DNA from: Prorocentrum cordatum
Lineage: Eukaryota
Length of the DNA: 54,189 nucleotides
Assembly: GCA_963575745.1 (NCBI GenBank)
Contig: CAUYUJ010000260.1
Span: forward strand, 62,001-116,189
Direction of reading: 5' to 3'
Below are positions 36,801-48,989 of the stretch, piece by piece; the first letter of the stretch is position 1; each line of letters opens with the position of its first letter. The notes below the pieces were generated by a model. It worked only from the letters and a program-made list of their open reading frames with translations, made no database searches and was not told where the DNA came from. Both the position numbers and the translations under genes were made by a program.

Positions 36801-37029
36801 CACTCTGCATGGGCCGAGGAGCGTCCACCTCTTACATGGTGCCTGAGAGGCACCAGCCGCCGTCCACTCGCATTGTCCTTTTGTTCGGACAGTTTGAGCT
36901 GGTTGGTTAAAGGAACGCAATGGCCAAGTGGGCCAAGGGTTAAAAGACTCAGGCTCAGCAGCCACCACAGTCATAGGATACATCAGAGTCTGTTCAACCC
37001 CCTGGTCCAAATGCCCACCGTGAGGGACA

Positions 37030-38009
37030 TGCGAGTGGAATTCTCTCTTGTCCAGTCGTGGGTGCAAGTGTCAGAAGTGCGGCACCAAGGCCGCCCTCTT
37101 CGAGCCAAAGGCGCCCAAGTCCTCCCGAACCAAGGGTAGCAATGCCCAGGACAACCTGCGCGGAGCGCTGTCGACTGTCCCCGACGCTGTCAAGACGTTG
37201 GAGGCGGCGCTCAGTGTTATGCGGAATCCTTCGGCGAAGGTCATCCTGGAGGAGCAGCTCGTCCGGGCCCGTGCGGCCGCGGCGGCGCCGCATAGCGTGC
37301 CTGCCGAGGAGGCGGTGCGCCTTGCAGCGGGCGCCAGGCGGAATGCTTCAGCCCAGTGGGAGCAGGCGCGGGCCCAGGTGAACAGGTGCGTTGCCAACCT
37401 CCAGCGAGCTCGTGAGCTCGAGGAGAGAACAGCGCGCGCGCGCTGGCGCTGGCGGATTTCAACAGGCGCAACGCCGCGGCGGCCTGGGCAAGAGGCACAG
37501 GGCTCACCCCAGAGCCAGCGGCCGCCTCGGCAGCTGCGCCCGACGTCCCGCTCATCGACCTGTCGTGGGGCACCAGCTTCTCCGACAGCGTGGGCGAGAT
37601 CGACTGCGGCGCGGAGGAAAATTCCAAGCTGAAGAAGATAGTGCAGGAATTGAGGGCTGCCGAGGAGAGTGCGCAGTTAAAGGCTGGGCATGTGTCGCAG
37701 TGGCGCCTCGGGACCAAGGGGGTGCAGCGGCGCGCGCTGGAGCGGCTGGCGACCCAGAAGCGTCGCACCGAGGGCGCCGTCGGCGGGGCCCCTGCGCAGG
37801 CGGCGCCAGCGCCCGCCGAGGCCGCGGGCGCGGGCTCGGCGCCGGCGCCCGCCGCGGCGGCCTCGGCCAGCGCAGCCCCGCCCCCTGGCGCGCCGTCGGA
37901 GGTCGACATCCGGGCCGAGATGGAGAAGCTGCGGGCAGCGGCGGCGGGCGTGGATGCAGCCTCGCAGGCAGTGCCGCAGGCTGTGGAGGTCGACGACTCA
38001 CAGCTGTGA
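37030..38009 (+). pseudogene. LINE ORF1 (gag-like): CxxC followed by a coiled coil
   Basis: CKCQKCG...LEEQLVRARAAAA...EQARAQVNRCVANLQRARELEE; a frameshifted continuation ends VEVDDSQL*. Confidence 0.55.
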
Positions 38010-38099
38010 AGTCGCGCGGCGGCCGAGGCCCCAGTGGCTCCCTCAGCCACCGAGCCGCGCGAGCCGCCAGGCGACGAATGCAGCGACGCCGGCCGCGAG

Positions 38100-38900
38100 C
38101 CCTGCAGCATGTTCTTCGCGAGCAGCACCTGCCTCGGGCCCAGGGCCTGGGGCCGCGTCCTGTCGACAGATTTCCAGACAGGTGCCGGTGGCCGGTGCAT
38201 CGGCCTCGCCACAGACAATACCGGCTGCCGCGCTCGCTCGAAGCGGGCCCGCATTGCCGGAAAGGTCAAGTAGAGAGACACTGGTAATCCTGACCGAGCG
38301 ACGGGGAGAGCGACTCCCGCGACTCCGACGGCCAGCGCGGGCGAGGCCAATGAGGGGGGGGGGTGCGCGTGTCTCGGGGGCACCGACGCGCGCGCAGAGT
38401 ATTTCCCGAAGCCTCTTCTGTGGCAAGTTTTTGCACCGAAGGCTCAGGTGCCTTCGACGGCTTCTTGCCAGTCGTCATGCGCATGTCTGGCGTTGCTATC
38501 GTTGCAGTCGTCTTCTAGCACGTCCATATGAAGGCTTCCAGGAGAAGGAGAACACGTGCAGCGTTTCGCCGAGCTCGGTGCTTTCATTCGGAGCGCGCAG
38601 CTCCCGTGGTTCACAGTCGGAGACTTCGATATTGACATCGATGCGTTTCAGTGGTCGGCGCTCTCGAAGCGAATCCAAGGATTCGCCGAAGGGGCTGATG
38701 TCGAATTTACTTGTGCGCGGAGCGCCAGTAGTTCGCATGGCGATTTTGTGATTGCTTCCGAGAAGTGTCTTCCGCATATTCTCAGCGTGTCAGCGATTGC
38801 CGACGAGCCTTGGGGCCCGCGTCGCGGCCTCGATGTCCGCTTGAGAGGCGTGTGTCAGCAGGTCTTGGCGCGTTCGTTAGATGCCCCCCCCCGCCTTCCC
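38100..38900 (+). pseudogene. Apurinic-like endonuclease (APE) domain remnant
   Basis: MFFAS (FFAN-like), PWFTVGDFD (GDFN motif), FTC...SHGDFVI (S.IDY-like), PWGPRRGLDV (final H motif decayed). Confidence 0.75.
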
Positions 38901-39989
38901 CCGCCCCCGCTGCTTGATCCAAGGGCAGCGCGGCCAGGGCAGCTCGTCGTGGGATGGTCGAGCAAGCTTGCGAGCGCATCGTAGCCGAGAGTGAATACAT
39001 CGTTTTCCGATGGTTTTTCCCGCCTCCACGCCCAATGGGCCCATCGACGGTGCCTCGGCGGCCCCTGGGCCCGTTGTTGAGAGCCCCATCGGGTGACCCA
39101 GACCTGGGGGGGGGGTGCTTTAGATTTCGGCCCTTGCGAGAGAAATCCTCGGGCAGCAGTGGCGCAGCGCAGCGCGCCAATATCAGCGTCCGGGCCCAGG
39201 CCTCTGGAAGGGGGCGCGCAAGCAGGCGGCGTTTTCTTTTTTTTGGGGGGGTCAGCCTCTGCAAACCGGCCCTGGGGAGACGGGCCTCAGTGCGGCTGGG
39301 GGCCAGGGTGATCTCGCCCCTGCCGCTGCCTCTGCCGCTCCTGCTCCTCTCCCGTCTTTCGATATTCCCAACTCCATGTGCGTGGAATTTCGTGTCACTT
39401 TCCATGGCGCTCGCATGCTGGTAACCGCGTTTGGTCGCCCGTTAGAGACTCTCTCGCCTGCCCGGTCGGCGAGAAGCACATCGCCCCCATCAGCGACGTA
39501 TTCCCGTGATGGTTCGACGCAGTGGAACGCGCCGCATCCAGTCATCGCGATGTCAGTGCCCCCGAGCTGTCCAGGCGCGACGGCTTCGCCGTGAAGTCAT
39601 GCCCGCGCGCCAAGCCGAGCTCGTTCGGAGTCGGCCGCTCGGGGGCGGAGTGGCGGGCCGGAAGGGCAGGCTGCGCGCGATCGCCCAGCGTTCTTTGCGG
39701 TGTCGACGCAGGCGCGTCGGCGAGGGTCAAGTCGGGCCCTTGGCGGACGCTGCCAGACGCTTGGCCGGCCAGCCTCTCGACGGTGAGGGGTCAGCCTTTC
39801 CTCCCTCGCAGGGCTGCTGGAATGCGTTGCTGGTCGACGTGCGGAGGCTCAGCGATCTAGGCGTGCAGCAGCTCGGAGATTGGGGGGGAGGTGTTTCCGG
39901 GCTACCCGACGAGCTCAGAGTCGGGCCGCATCCTCGTTGCGGGAGCTTCAAGGTTGGATTCGTTCTTCGGTTTCGCACGGGCAGGTGCC

Positions 39990-41300
39990 TCGCAGCGTCG
40001 AGGGCGATGGGGCCCGAGCCAGACGAGTGCGGCGACGGGGCCGCCGCGCTCGCGCATCCTATCGGCATTGTTGACAGGGTGGTCGAGAAGTGGCAGGCAG
40101 GCCTGCGTCGGGCCCCCAGTGGAGGTCGGGGCGCTCGAGCCCATGGTGGCGAGTGAGCTGCGGGCGGCGCCGCGGAGCATGACGGCGCGCGCTGGCCCTG
40201 GCCCGCGCCGCCCCCCGCCCGCCGATTTCCAGCGCCTGCCGCCTGAGGGGCTCCAGAACATGTGCGACCACTTCGCCGCTGTCGAGGGGGGCCTCTCCTG
40301 GCCGTGACAGGTCGCGCGCGTGGTCGGCAGGGTGATCGCGAAGTTGTCTGGCGGCGACCGTGTCATTGGCTTGTTGCCGATGCCGTGCCGAGCCTGGTCC
40401 ATAGCCAGGGAAGCGCAGATGAAGGACTGGTCCGCCCAGCAGGATGATGGCTGGGGCGCTGCGACAGCTGGCCGCGGTGCCTTCTCTAAGGCCTTGTCTG
40501 GGCGCTGCAGGGCGAGTCCAAGCCCTGGCTGAGTATAGCTCATGGGCGCGGCCTTCTCGACGTGGAGGCCTTCTGCGATGGCGTCGAATGGCTGGCCGCT
40601 CGCGGGCTGTGCTGCCCAGAACGGGTTTCTTCTAGTGGTCTTCTTCTTGGAGCTGCAGATGCGCTTCATTCCGAGTCCTGGCGCAGCTGGGCTCAGCGTC
40701 GGAGCCCTTGCAAGTTGCGCGTTCGATCGCGTTGGGGCTCAGGATCGGCGCGCGGTTCGCCAGGTGCCTCGCGGCAATTTGTATGTGAGAAGTTGCGCGC
40801 AATGCTTCCGTCGATGTCTGGGCGGATCTTGATCGACGGCCTCTCGCTGCGAGTGGCGGGTTCTCGGGGGAATGTGCGCGCCAGTCTCATCGAGGAGATT
40901 CTCGCCGCAGTCAGGGAGTTCATGCAGCTTGGCATTGGCATCTCCACCGCGAGTGCGGTCTCTTGTTCTCGTCGCTGCGACGCAGTTGCAGTTGTCAAAG
41001 TTTGGCGGGGGCGCTGCAGACCGCTGTCGGCGGTGCTCCAGGCGGCCTGCCTAGGCGTGGGCCTGAGTGCGAGGTGCCGCCAGGGCAGGGCCGCGGCGCG
41101 CGAGAGGGCCATCGAGGCTGCTAAGACCAATGGCAGGCTGCGCCGCTTTGCCCAGGTTGCGCGGAGGTGGCGGGCGACGGCGAAGCTGCAGCGGGCTGGG
41201 CCGCAGGCGTCGTCGGTGCGCGGCCATCAGGTCCACGGCATGTTCGATTCCAACATGTCGCTGCAGCGGAGGCGCCTGGGAGCTGCGGCGGGGTCCGCGA
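39990..41300 (+). pseudogene. Reverse transcriptase domain remnant
   Basis: AMGP, KLSGGDRVIGLLPMPCRAWS (R.I.L motif), LDVEAFCD at ~40556-40579 (D..AF.D), LIDG at ~40829-40840 (decayed YxDD), CLGV. Confidence 0.8.
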
Positions 41301-42206
41301 AGAGAGGGTGCTGTCTCGCCGCGCTCCCGGCCACGCGGCCCCCAGGCGCCGGTCCAGGAGCTTGTCTTTCGCGGCAGTGCGCGCCCCGTTGGCTGTCGGC
41401 GTGGCTAGAGGAGCCGCGGCTCAGGCCGTCTCTTGAGCTGGCGTGGCCAGCCGCGGTCAGGCACCTGATGAGCATCAGGCCCGGGCTGCGCAGTCGTCGT
41501 GTTCGAGGGCCTTTCTCAGCAGTCGTGCTCTACCTGCTTGAAGCTGGGCGGGCGCCTCGCGAGTGGAATGGGATGTGCCGAATGGCGGTGATCAGGCAGG
41601 TTTCTCTTGGAAGTTCGGAGATGCCGAGTGCTCGGGCCTTGACCAGGCCGCCCCGCTATTGGACGAGCCGCAGTCCACGATGGAGCTCAAACAGCGGCGT
41701 CGAGCCGCGGAGCTGTGCTGTGGGGCTGAGCTGGAGGTCGGAGTCGACATGCAGTCGCATCGTAAGTTCGCGCGCGATTCCGCCCGCGCCCATAGCGACG
41801 GGAGGCTCTTGGGGCAGAGCCAGGAGTCACGATTCCCATCTTTGCGCGAACGACATCTGCGAGCGGTGCCATTCCAGCCGCGACGGTTTTGCACCGCCTT
41901 TGGACACGTTGCAAAAGCGAGGCTTCGCATGCGCATGTCCAGCCAGCGTTCTTGCTTCCAGAAGCTTTCGCCAATTCTGAAGCCTGCCTGTTTTTTTTAT
42001 GAGGTGCCCCATCCCTGCCTCGTGGACCGCTGTTGCCCCTCCCCCTTCCTCCGAGTCTCGGGGCGGCAATGGTGTCTTGAACGGGGGCCTGCTGGGGCCC
42101 GCGTGCCTCGGAGCGGGGGCCCCTGGCGAGCCATTCGCTGTCTTTGGGTGCCTCGGGAGGAGGGGGGGGGGCGGCGCCTGCGACTGTGGGTTCCGCGGGA
42201 TCGGCA

Positions 42207-43291
42207 TTTTTCCCGGAAGGGGCGCGGGCCCAGGGTTCTCTTTTTCTATGTAAACATGTCCCCGGCGCCCAACTTGAAGGAGGCCGGCGAAATTTTTCCT
42301 TGATAAATATCGAGGTCGAAGGAGGCCGGCGAAATTATTTGTGAGGATGTCTCGAGCGAAACGCTTGTTTTTCAGAAATTGTTGAGGATGTCTCGAGCGA
42401 GACGCTGGTTTTGCAGAGTTGGGGATGTCTCGAGCGAAACGCTTGGTTTCAGAATTTGTTGAGGATGTCTCGAGCGACACGCTGGTTTTGCAGAGCCGAC
42501 CGCGACACGGAAAAGCGCCCCGCGCGAAGGAATTTCGATAATGTCTCGACTAATTCGTTTGTTTTTGCACGATGTCCTGGAATTTTGGCAGGATGTCTCG
42601 AGCGAAATGCACGACCCCACCCTAGCACGACCATACCCCAGCACGACCACACCCCAGCACGACCAGACCCCAGCACGACCCCACCCCAGCACGACCCCAC
42701 CCCAGCACGACCATACCCCAGCACGACCACACCCCAGCACGACCCGACCCCAGCACGACCCTACCCCAGCAAGACCACACCCCAGCACGACCACACCCCA
42801 GCACGACCTCACCACAGCACGACCACGCCCCAGCACGACCACGCCCCAGCACGACCACGCCCCAGCACGACCACGCCCCAGCACGACCACCCCCCAGCAC
42901 GACCACCCCCCAGCACGACCACCCCCCAGCACGACCACCCCCCAGCACGACCACACCCCAGCACGACCACTCCCCAGCACGACCACACCCCAGCACGACC
43001 ACACCCCAGCACGACCACACCCAGTCGCACCCCCGTGGAATGTTTCGTGGCGTGTCTGGTTGAGTGGTTGCCTGCTCGTGGGGTGTCTCGTGGAATGTTT
43101 CACGGGGTGTCTCGTGGAATGTTTCGTGAGGTGTCTCGTGGAATGTTTCGTGAGGTGTCTCGTGGGATGTTTCGCGGGGTGTCTCGTGGGATGTTTCGTG
43201 AGATGTCGCCCAGTTGGGTATCGTGAAAACGTGACCATGCTGCACATGTCTTTATCCCTTTCCGGGTTCGTGGGTCCATCATGTTTTTTTT
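42207..43291 (+). mobile_element. Helentron/DINE-like non-autonomous element, copy 1 (41-, 17- and 24-bp arrays)
   Basis: 5' CCCGGAAGGGG (42212-42222) pairs with sub-terminal CCCTTTCCGGG (43256-43266); ends CATG plus a T-run; T-runs on both sides; inserted in the LINE. Confidence 0.7.
42613..43022 (+). repeat. 17-bp tandem array CCCAGCACGACCACACC (~24 units)
   Basis: Seen directly; followed by a 24-bp array at ~43035-43205. Confidence 0.95.
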
Positions 43292-43324
43292 GTCCCCCCC
43301 CCCCCGCCACCTTGGGGCCCCATC

Positions 43325-43726
43325 GCGCAGGGCCCTTGGTGGGGGCCAGCAGACAGACTGCGCCTCGAGGCTGCCTCGGGCCCTTGAATGGGCTGTCGGG
43401 TTCTCCTTGGGCCCGCTAGTGCGCTTTGCAGATTTTGCGGAAGTTCCAGGGGCTGGCATAAAGGCCAGCTTCAATCGCAATCGGGGCCGCGCGCAGATCT
43501 TTGGGGGGCCACGGCCAAGACTCTCGCCTACCAACAGCGCGATTCGTCTCGCGTTGCTGTTGCGTGGGCCCCGTCGTGCTTGGACGGGAGAGACGCTGCT
43601 GCGAGAAAATGGCCCAGCTGGTTGATCCAAGGGAAGTGTGCGGTGGATGAACTCCCGAAGAAGGCTACCCGCCGCGCGAGAGCACACCAGGCAGACAGAG
43701 TCAGGATCGCCCAATTGGAAGTCTAA
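43325..43726 (+). pseudogene. RNase H domain remnant of the LINE
   Basis: GPLVGASRQTAPRG (QTxxRAE-like) at ~43330-43371 and GKCAVDELPKKA (GNxxADxLA-like) at ~43631-43666. Confidence 0.6.
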
Positions 43727-44913
43727 GCCGGGCTCATCCGGAGGCGTTCACTCCGTGTTGGCCTCGGCTCTTTCGCCGCTAAAACGACGCGAAGATCGGG
43801 GCAACATCGGATCGGGATAACTGGAAATCTCTGAGAATCGGCGGGTTTGGAGGATGTATTGGGCGCCGCGGCCGCTCCAGAGCGTTCCGGAACGCTCTGA
43901 GAGCGCCCCGGAACGCTCTGGAGCGACTTATCCCGATCCTAGCCTTGTTTTAGCCGCTTGACAGTCCAGTCGCGACGATGCCGAGTGCCTCGTGTCCCCC
44001 CCCCTTCCTACTGCTGTCGCGCGCTTCGCGTCCGCGCGCGTCCTGGCCGAAAGTGGTGGATCGTGCAGCGTGTGTAAAGGCTCGGCGATCAAGGTGCGTA
44101 TGTCCGAATGGCTAGAAAGTGAACGCTTCCAACTCCACTCCGTGGATGCCTTGTTATCCCTTGTTCCCCGTGGACGTAGAATGCACTTACCAGGTGGCTG
44201 GGTTGACCCTTTTCACGCGCCCCATCCTACCACAATAGTTTGACTATTTGGTTTTGTGCTGCATGTGTTTTTCTCGGTTAGGCCCAGCTCAGGGGCTCAG
44301 GCAAACCGTGCAAACTACCAGTCTCCAAGACCTCGACGAGAATATTTATTTCGATCGGATTTCGAGGGGCTTGCACCCCAAAGCTGGCTGCTGAGCTCAG
44401 CCTCAGTATCCTCACGGGATGGCGGAAATACTGAAAATCATCCTCTTCCCCCGTCCCCTCTTCCCTTCCCCCCTCCTCACATGGTCCTTGTATGTAAGGC
44501 ACGTGCACCTGCACTGCGCGGTCTCAAGTAGCCGGTCACTTGGAAGCCTCTTGCTCGTTTTTAGGCATGCTCTCTGCGCTAGCCTGCTTTATAGTGTGGT
44601 CTCTCCCTTCTTCCTCCCCCATACCTCTGTTCCTCCCCCTTTTTCCTCCTTTCTCCTCCTCCTCCTGCCTCATCTGCGGCCCCCGCGGGCCTTGAGCCGA
44701 CGCGCTGCGTGTCTGTGGGAGAGACAGCCCCGTGTGCCCTCGCTCGCAGCGGAAAACGGCCCGACCGGCGACCGCTCTGGTTTCCCAGACCGCCCAGGGC
44801 CGACACTTCGACGCCGAGTTCGACCGGCTTCCTCGTTCCTCCCCTCCCCTCCTTCCCCTCCCTCTCGGCCTCCCCCCCCCCCCTGGGCCGTTCGGCGGAG
44901 GCCTGGCGTGCAG

Positions 44914-44982
44914 GCGCTTCGCGCAGCAGCTGAAGAAGGGCAAGCACGCTGCCTCCCCGACCAAGCAGCTGCCGCCCGTCAG
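44914..44982 (+). CDS. Candidate short exon RFAQQLKKGKHAASPTKQLPPV
   Basis: tgcAG|G acceptor, cAG|GC donor, 69 nt, high GC3. Confidence 0.4.
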
Positions 44983-45475
44983 GCTCTGCGGCGGCCCTCG
45001 GCGGCGGCCTCCCGTCGCCCACGGCCAGCGGCCCACGGCGACCGCCAGCGGTCTCGGGCGCCCTTCCGCCCACGGGGGCATTCCTCACCCCTTCCTCCTC
45101 CTCCTCCCTTCCCTCCTCGCTCCTCCTCGTCGCCCCTCGTGCTCCCTCCCTCCTCCTCCTCTTCCGCCTCCTCCTTCTCCTCCTGCTCCTCCTCCTCCCC
45201 CTCCTCCTTCCTCTCCTCCTCCTCCTCCTCCTCCTCCTGCTCCTCCTCCTCCTCCTCCTCCTCTTCGCCTCTCCGCGTTGCCCTGCCTGCTCCCTCCCTC
45301 GCCCTCATCCTCCTTTTCCTCCTTTTCCTCCTCCTCCTCTCCCTCCTCTCCTCCTCCTACTCTTCCTTTTCCTCCTCTTCCTCTCTTCCTTCTCCGTCTC
45401 CTCCTCCTCCTCCTCCTCCTCCTCCTCCTCCTTCTTGTTCCTTCTCTTTCTCCGTCCTTTCATCCTTTCCCCCCC

Positions 45476-47013
45476 TTTTCCCGGAAAGGGCGCGGGCCCA
45501 GGGTTCTCTTTTAGTAGGTTAACCCCCTGGCCCCCTTGCGACTTGGGCCGGCGAAATTATTTTGCGATAAATAACGAGGTCGCATAGGGCCGGCGAATTC
45601 GATTTTGAGGATGTCTCGAGCGAAACGCTTGTTTTTCAGAATTTGTTGAGGATGTCTCGAGCGAAACGCTTGTTCTGTGTTATACATTGTCCTCTCCTGG
45701 GGACCTCAATTCTGAGGATCTCTCAAGTGGATTGCTTGTTTTCACGTGCCCAGGTCTTGAGGATGTCTCGAGCGAGACGCTTGGTTTCACGCCTGCAGGT
45801 GGCCCAGACAGATGTCTAGCATGAGGATTTGTCGAGGATGTCTCGAACCAGAGGCTTTTCACGTGCCCAGGACGCCCAGGCGGATGTCAAGCATGAGCAT
45901 TTGTTGAGGATGTCTCGAGCGAGACGCCTGTTTGCACGTGTCCAGGTTGCCCAGGGACGATGTCTAGCATGAGGATGTGTTGACAACGTCTTGAGCGAAA
46001 CGCATGTTTTCACGTGTTCGGGTCGCCCAGGCACGGCACAGCCCTCGGCACGGTACATCAATATCGATACTTTTAGCATTGCAGCCTGGCATGTTGCCTG
46101 GCACGTTCCGCGGAGCATCCCGTGGTGAGTCCCCCTGGCACGTCGCGCGGTGCACGTCCATTGGCACGTTCCGTAGCGCATCCCCTTGGCACGTCCCGCG
46201 GTGCGTGCCCATGGCACGTCCCCTGGCACGTCGCCTGGCGCGTCCCTTGGGACGTTCCGCGGCGCGTCCTCTTGGCATGTTCCCTCTGTCGACTAGTTCT
46301 TGGGCAGCTACCATCGGCTCAGGCAGCTCGAGCTCACGATCCAGATCAGTTCGGTGAGGACTCGGATGCCAGGGAGGACTCCATCCACAACGCTATATAG
46401 AGCACAATTGCGGCATGGCACATCGCAGTTCAGCACGGCCCAGCACAGCACAGAAGTCGGCACGGTACATCAAGATCGATACACTCAACTATGCACTTTG
46501 GCACGTTCCTTGGCGCGTTCCGTGGCGAGTCCACCTGGCACGTCGCGCGGCGCGTCCCCTGGCACGTCCCTCGGCACGTCCATTGGCACGTTCCGTAGCG
46601 CGTCCCCTTGGCACGTCCCGCGGTGCGTCCCCATGCCCCATGGCACGTCCCCTGGCACGTCGCCTGGCGCGTCCCTTGGGACGTTCCGCGGCGCGTCCTC
46701 CTGGCATGTTCCCTCTGTCGATTAGTTCTGGGGCAGCTACCATCTGCTCAGGCAGCTCGAGCTTACGCTCCAGATCAGTTCGGTGAGGACTCGGATGCCA
46801 GGGAGGACTCCATCCACAACGCTATATAGAGCACAATTGCGGCATGGCACATCGCAGTTCAGCACGGCGTAGCACAGCACAGCCCTCGGCACAGTACGTC
46901 ATCCTCGATACATTCAGCATTGCATGTGCCCGTCGCCCAATCAGGTGTCTTTGAAATGTTGCAATGCCTTACATTTCTATATTCCTTTCCGGGTTCGTGG
47001 GTCGATCATGTTT
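45476..47013 (+). mobile_element. Helentron/DINE-like element, copy 2 (41-bp array plus ~415-bp higher-order repeat of 12-mers)
   Basis: Perfect 10-bp IR CCCGGAAAGG (45480-45489) / CCTTTCCGGG (46984-46993); the 3' IR lies 17 nt before the CATG|TTT end. Confidence 0.72.
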
Positions 47014-48109
47014 CTTCCTCCTCTTCAGTCCGTCTGCTCCTTCTTCTCTTCCTTCTCCTCTTCCTCTTTCTTTTCCTCCTCCCCCTCCTCCTCCTCATCT
47101 TCCTCTCAGTACGCACGTTCCCGCTCACGGGGAGGGGGATATGTTATTGGGGAGAGCGGCAGGCTAGGTGCGCTTGCGCCATATCTGACATCCTACCCCT
47201 CCCACGCATCCCTTTCCCATTGCGCTGATGTTGTTCTCCATCCCCGGTCGCGTGTCATAGCGGGCCTGGGGATCCGTGAAACGGCGAACCGTGTTAGATG
47301 CAACCAACAAAAAGGGAGGTTGCGTGCATGGGAGGAGGGGGACGAGGATTAGGTGGCGGGTGGGCAGGAGGATGAGCAGGATGATGAGGAGGAGGAGGGC
47401 GTCGTGGGAGGACGAGGACGAGGACGAACAGCCTCAGCGGGAATTGGAGCGGAAAGAGAGGGAGGAGCAGGAGGACTGGGGGGAGGAGGAGGAGGAGGAG
47501 GAGGAGGAGGAGGAGGAGGAGGAGGAGGAGGAGGAGGAGGAGGAGGAGGCGGAGGCGGAGGCGGAGGCGGAGGCGGAGGCGGAGGCGGAGGAGGGGAAAG
47601 CCAAGGGGCGACGACAATGAGGAAGGATGCGGATCCAGAAAAGTGGTCCGCGCTTCGGCGGGAGCGCCAGTCCGAACGACCAGCGCACAGCGCCGATCCC
47701 AGACTGAGGCCAGCGCTGCAGCGGCAGCACCGATGTCAGACACGGAACCATCTGTCATATTGAAAAAAACGAAAGGAATGACCCAAAAATGAAGCAGTGT
47801 GGGTCACATACAGTGTGCGGAGGGTCGGGCTACTGATTTGGCCCATTTTTGGGTGGGAGAGGAGAGTATGATTCGTAGTGGTATTGCAGAGGAGGAGATG
47901 GAGGAGGAGGAGGGGGAGGAGGATGAGGAGGAGCAGGAGGAGGAGGAGGAGGAGGAGGAGTAGGAGGAGGGAATGTGCCCTTTGGGGGGAGTGGGAATGG
48001 GAAGGGGGAGCAGGCTCACTGGCTCACCCCGCTGCTGATTAGGTGGATTGTGTGGTATCGTGTGTGCGCATGCGTGTAACAAATCAGTTGCCCAGTGCGC
48101 TTGTCAGCC

Positions 48110-48272
48110 GAGCGCAGAGGGCGGTAGGGGGAGGGGGGAAGGCTTCTCAGAAGCACCCTGCTTCTTCGAAGGCGCGGGCCGTATCTGTGGATGTAAGGCT
48201 GGCGCCTTCTAAGAAGCAGCCTCCTGGTGAGAAGTGTTCCCCCCTCCACCCAACCCCCTCTGCGCGCCGCCA
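48110..48272 (+). mobile_element. CTTCTCAGAAG-rich MITE-like repeat
   Basis: Homolog of 9255-9405. Confidence 0.6.
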
Positions 48273-48426
48273 GGCTCGCCCCGGAAAATTGTGGCGCTCG
48301 ACGGGCCACCGAAACTGAACCACTGCTCCGGTTTTTGTTGCGCGGGAAGGGGGGCTTTGCGAGGAGCAGCTCCCAGTGAAGACCGAGACTTGGATCCGTG
48401 CCCACCGTGGGACCTCCCAACATCTT

Positions 48427-48589
48427 TCTGGAGGGGGAAAAACACAGACACAATTCATCGTCGATTCCCAGGAAGATATGGGAAGATATGGGAAGTGGGG
48501 GGCGAAGACAAACTCCAAGAAAAATCTGGGAACATAGGGGGAACCATTTCATTTGTGTGTACTTATTTGTGTGTCCCAGGGCCCCTTTA
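48427..48589 (+). mobile_element. Family B copy (163 bp)
   Basis: Perfect TSD ATCTT at 48422-48426 and 48590-48594. Confidence 0.9.
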
Positions 48590-48989
48590 ATCTTGTCCAC
48601 GCTCACTCCTCATTCTCTCTCGCAGCTGCACCCGCGGTGCCCCGCCCGCGCTGGCGCGCGCGCGCGGGCGGCCGCGGGCGGCCGGCCGTGCCGCGCGAGC
48701 ACGGGGCCGTCCAGACGCCACCGGGGGACCGTACGTATGCAAAGGCTTGGCATCGCTCGGACGTGTGCGTTTTTTTTTCCTCGGCGAGGACCACCGAGGA
48801 GCATCCTTGATCATTTGGCGAAAAAGCCACGCACGAAACCGGAAAAATCACAGGGAATGAACGCCCGAGCGATGGCCAGAAGGGGAGAGAGGGGGGCGAG
48901 GGAGGCCACTTTACCTGCATTATGACAGCCCCCGGGAAGGGGGGAGTGGGGAGAGCGGCGGGGCCACGCAGAAGCAGGAGCTGTCCACA

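Larger units (their letters stand above)
36800..44400 (+). mobile_element. Decayed near-full-length non-LTR retrotransposon (ORF1, APE, RT, RNase H, Cys-rich C-terminus)
   Basis: Domains appear in canonical order (see sub-features), with many frameshifts and stops. Interrupted by 42207-43291 and probably by ~38960-39370 and ~43725-43960. Confidence 0.8.

Noticed and set aside
45606..46010. CRISPR-like repeats (GAGGATGTCTCGAGCGAAACGC with variable intervals; also 42343-42610 and 50298-50810)
   Set aside because: The intervals are homologous to each other, the repeats are degenerate and irregularly spaced, no cas genes are present and the context is eukaryotic. This is a minisatellite inside a mobile element.
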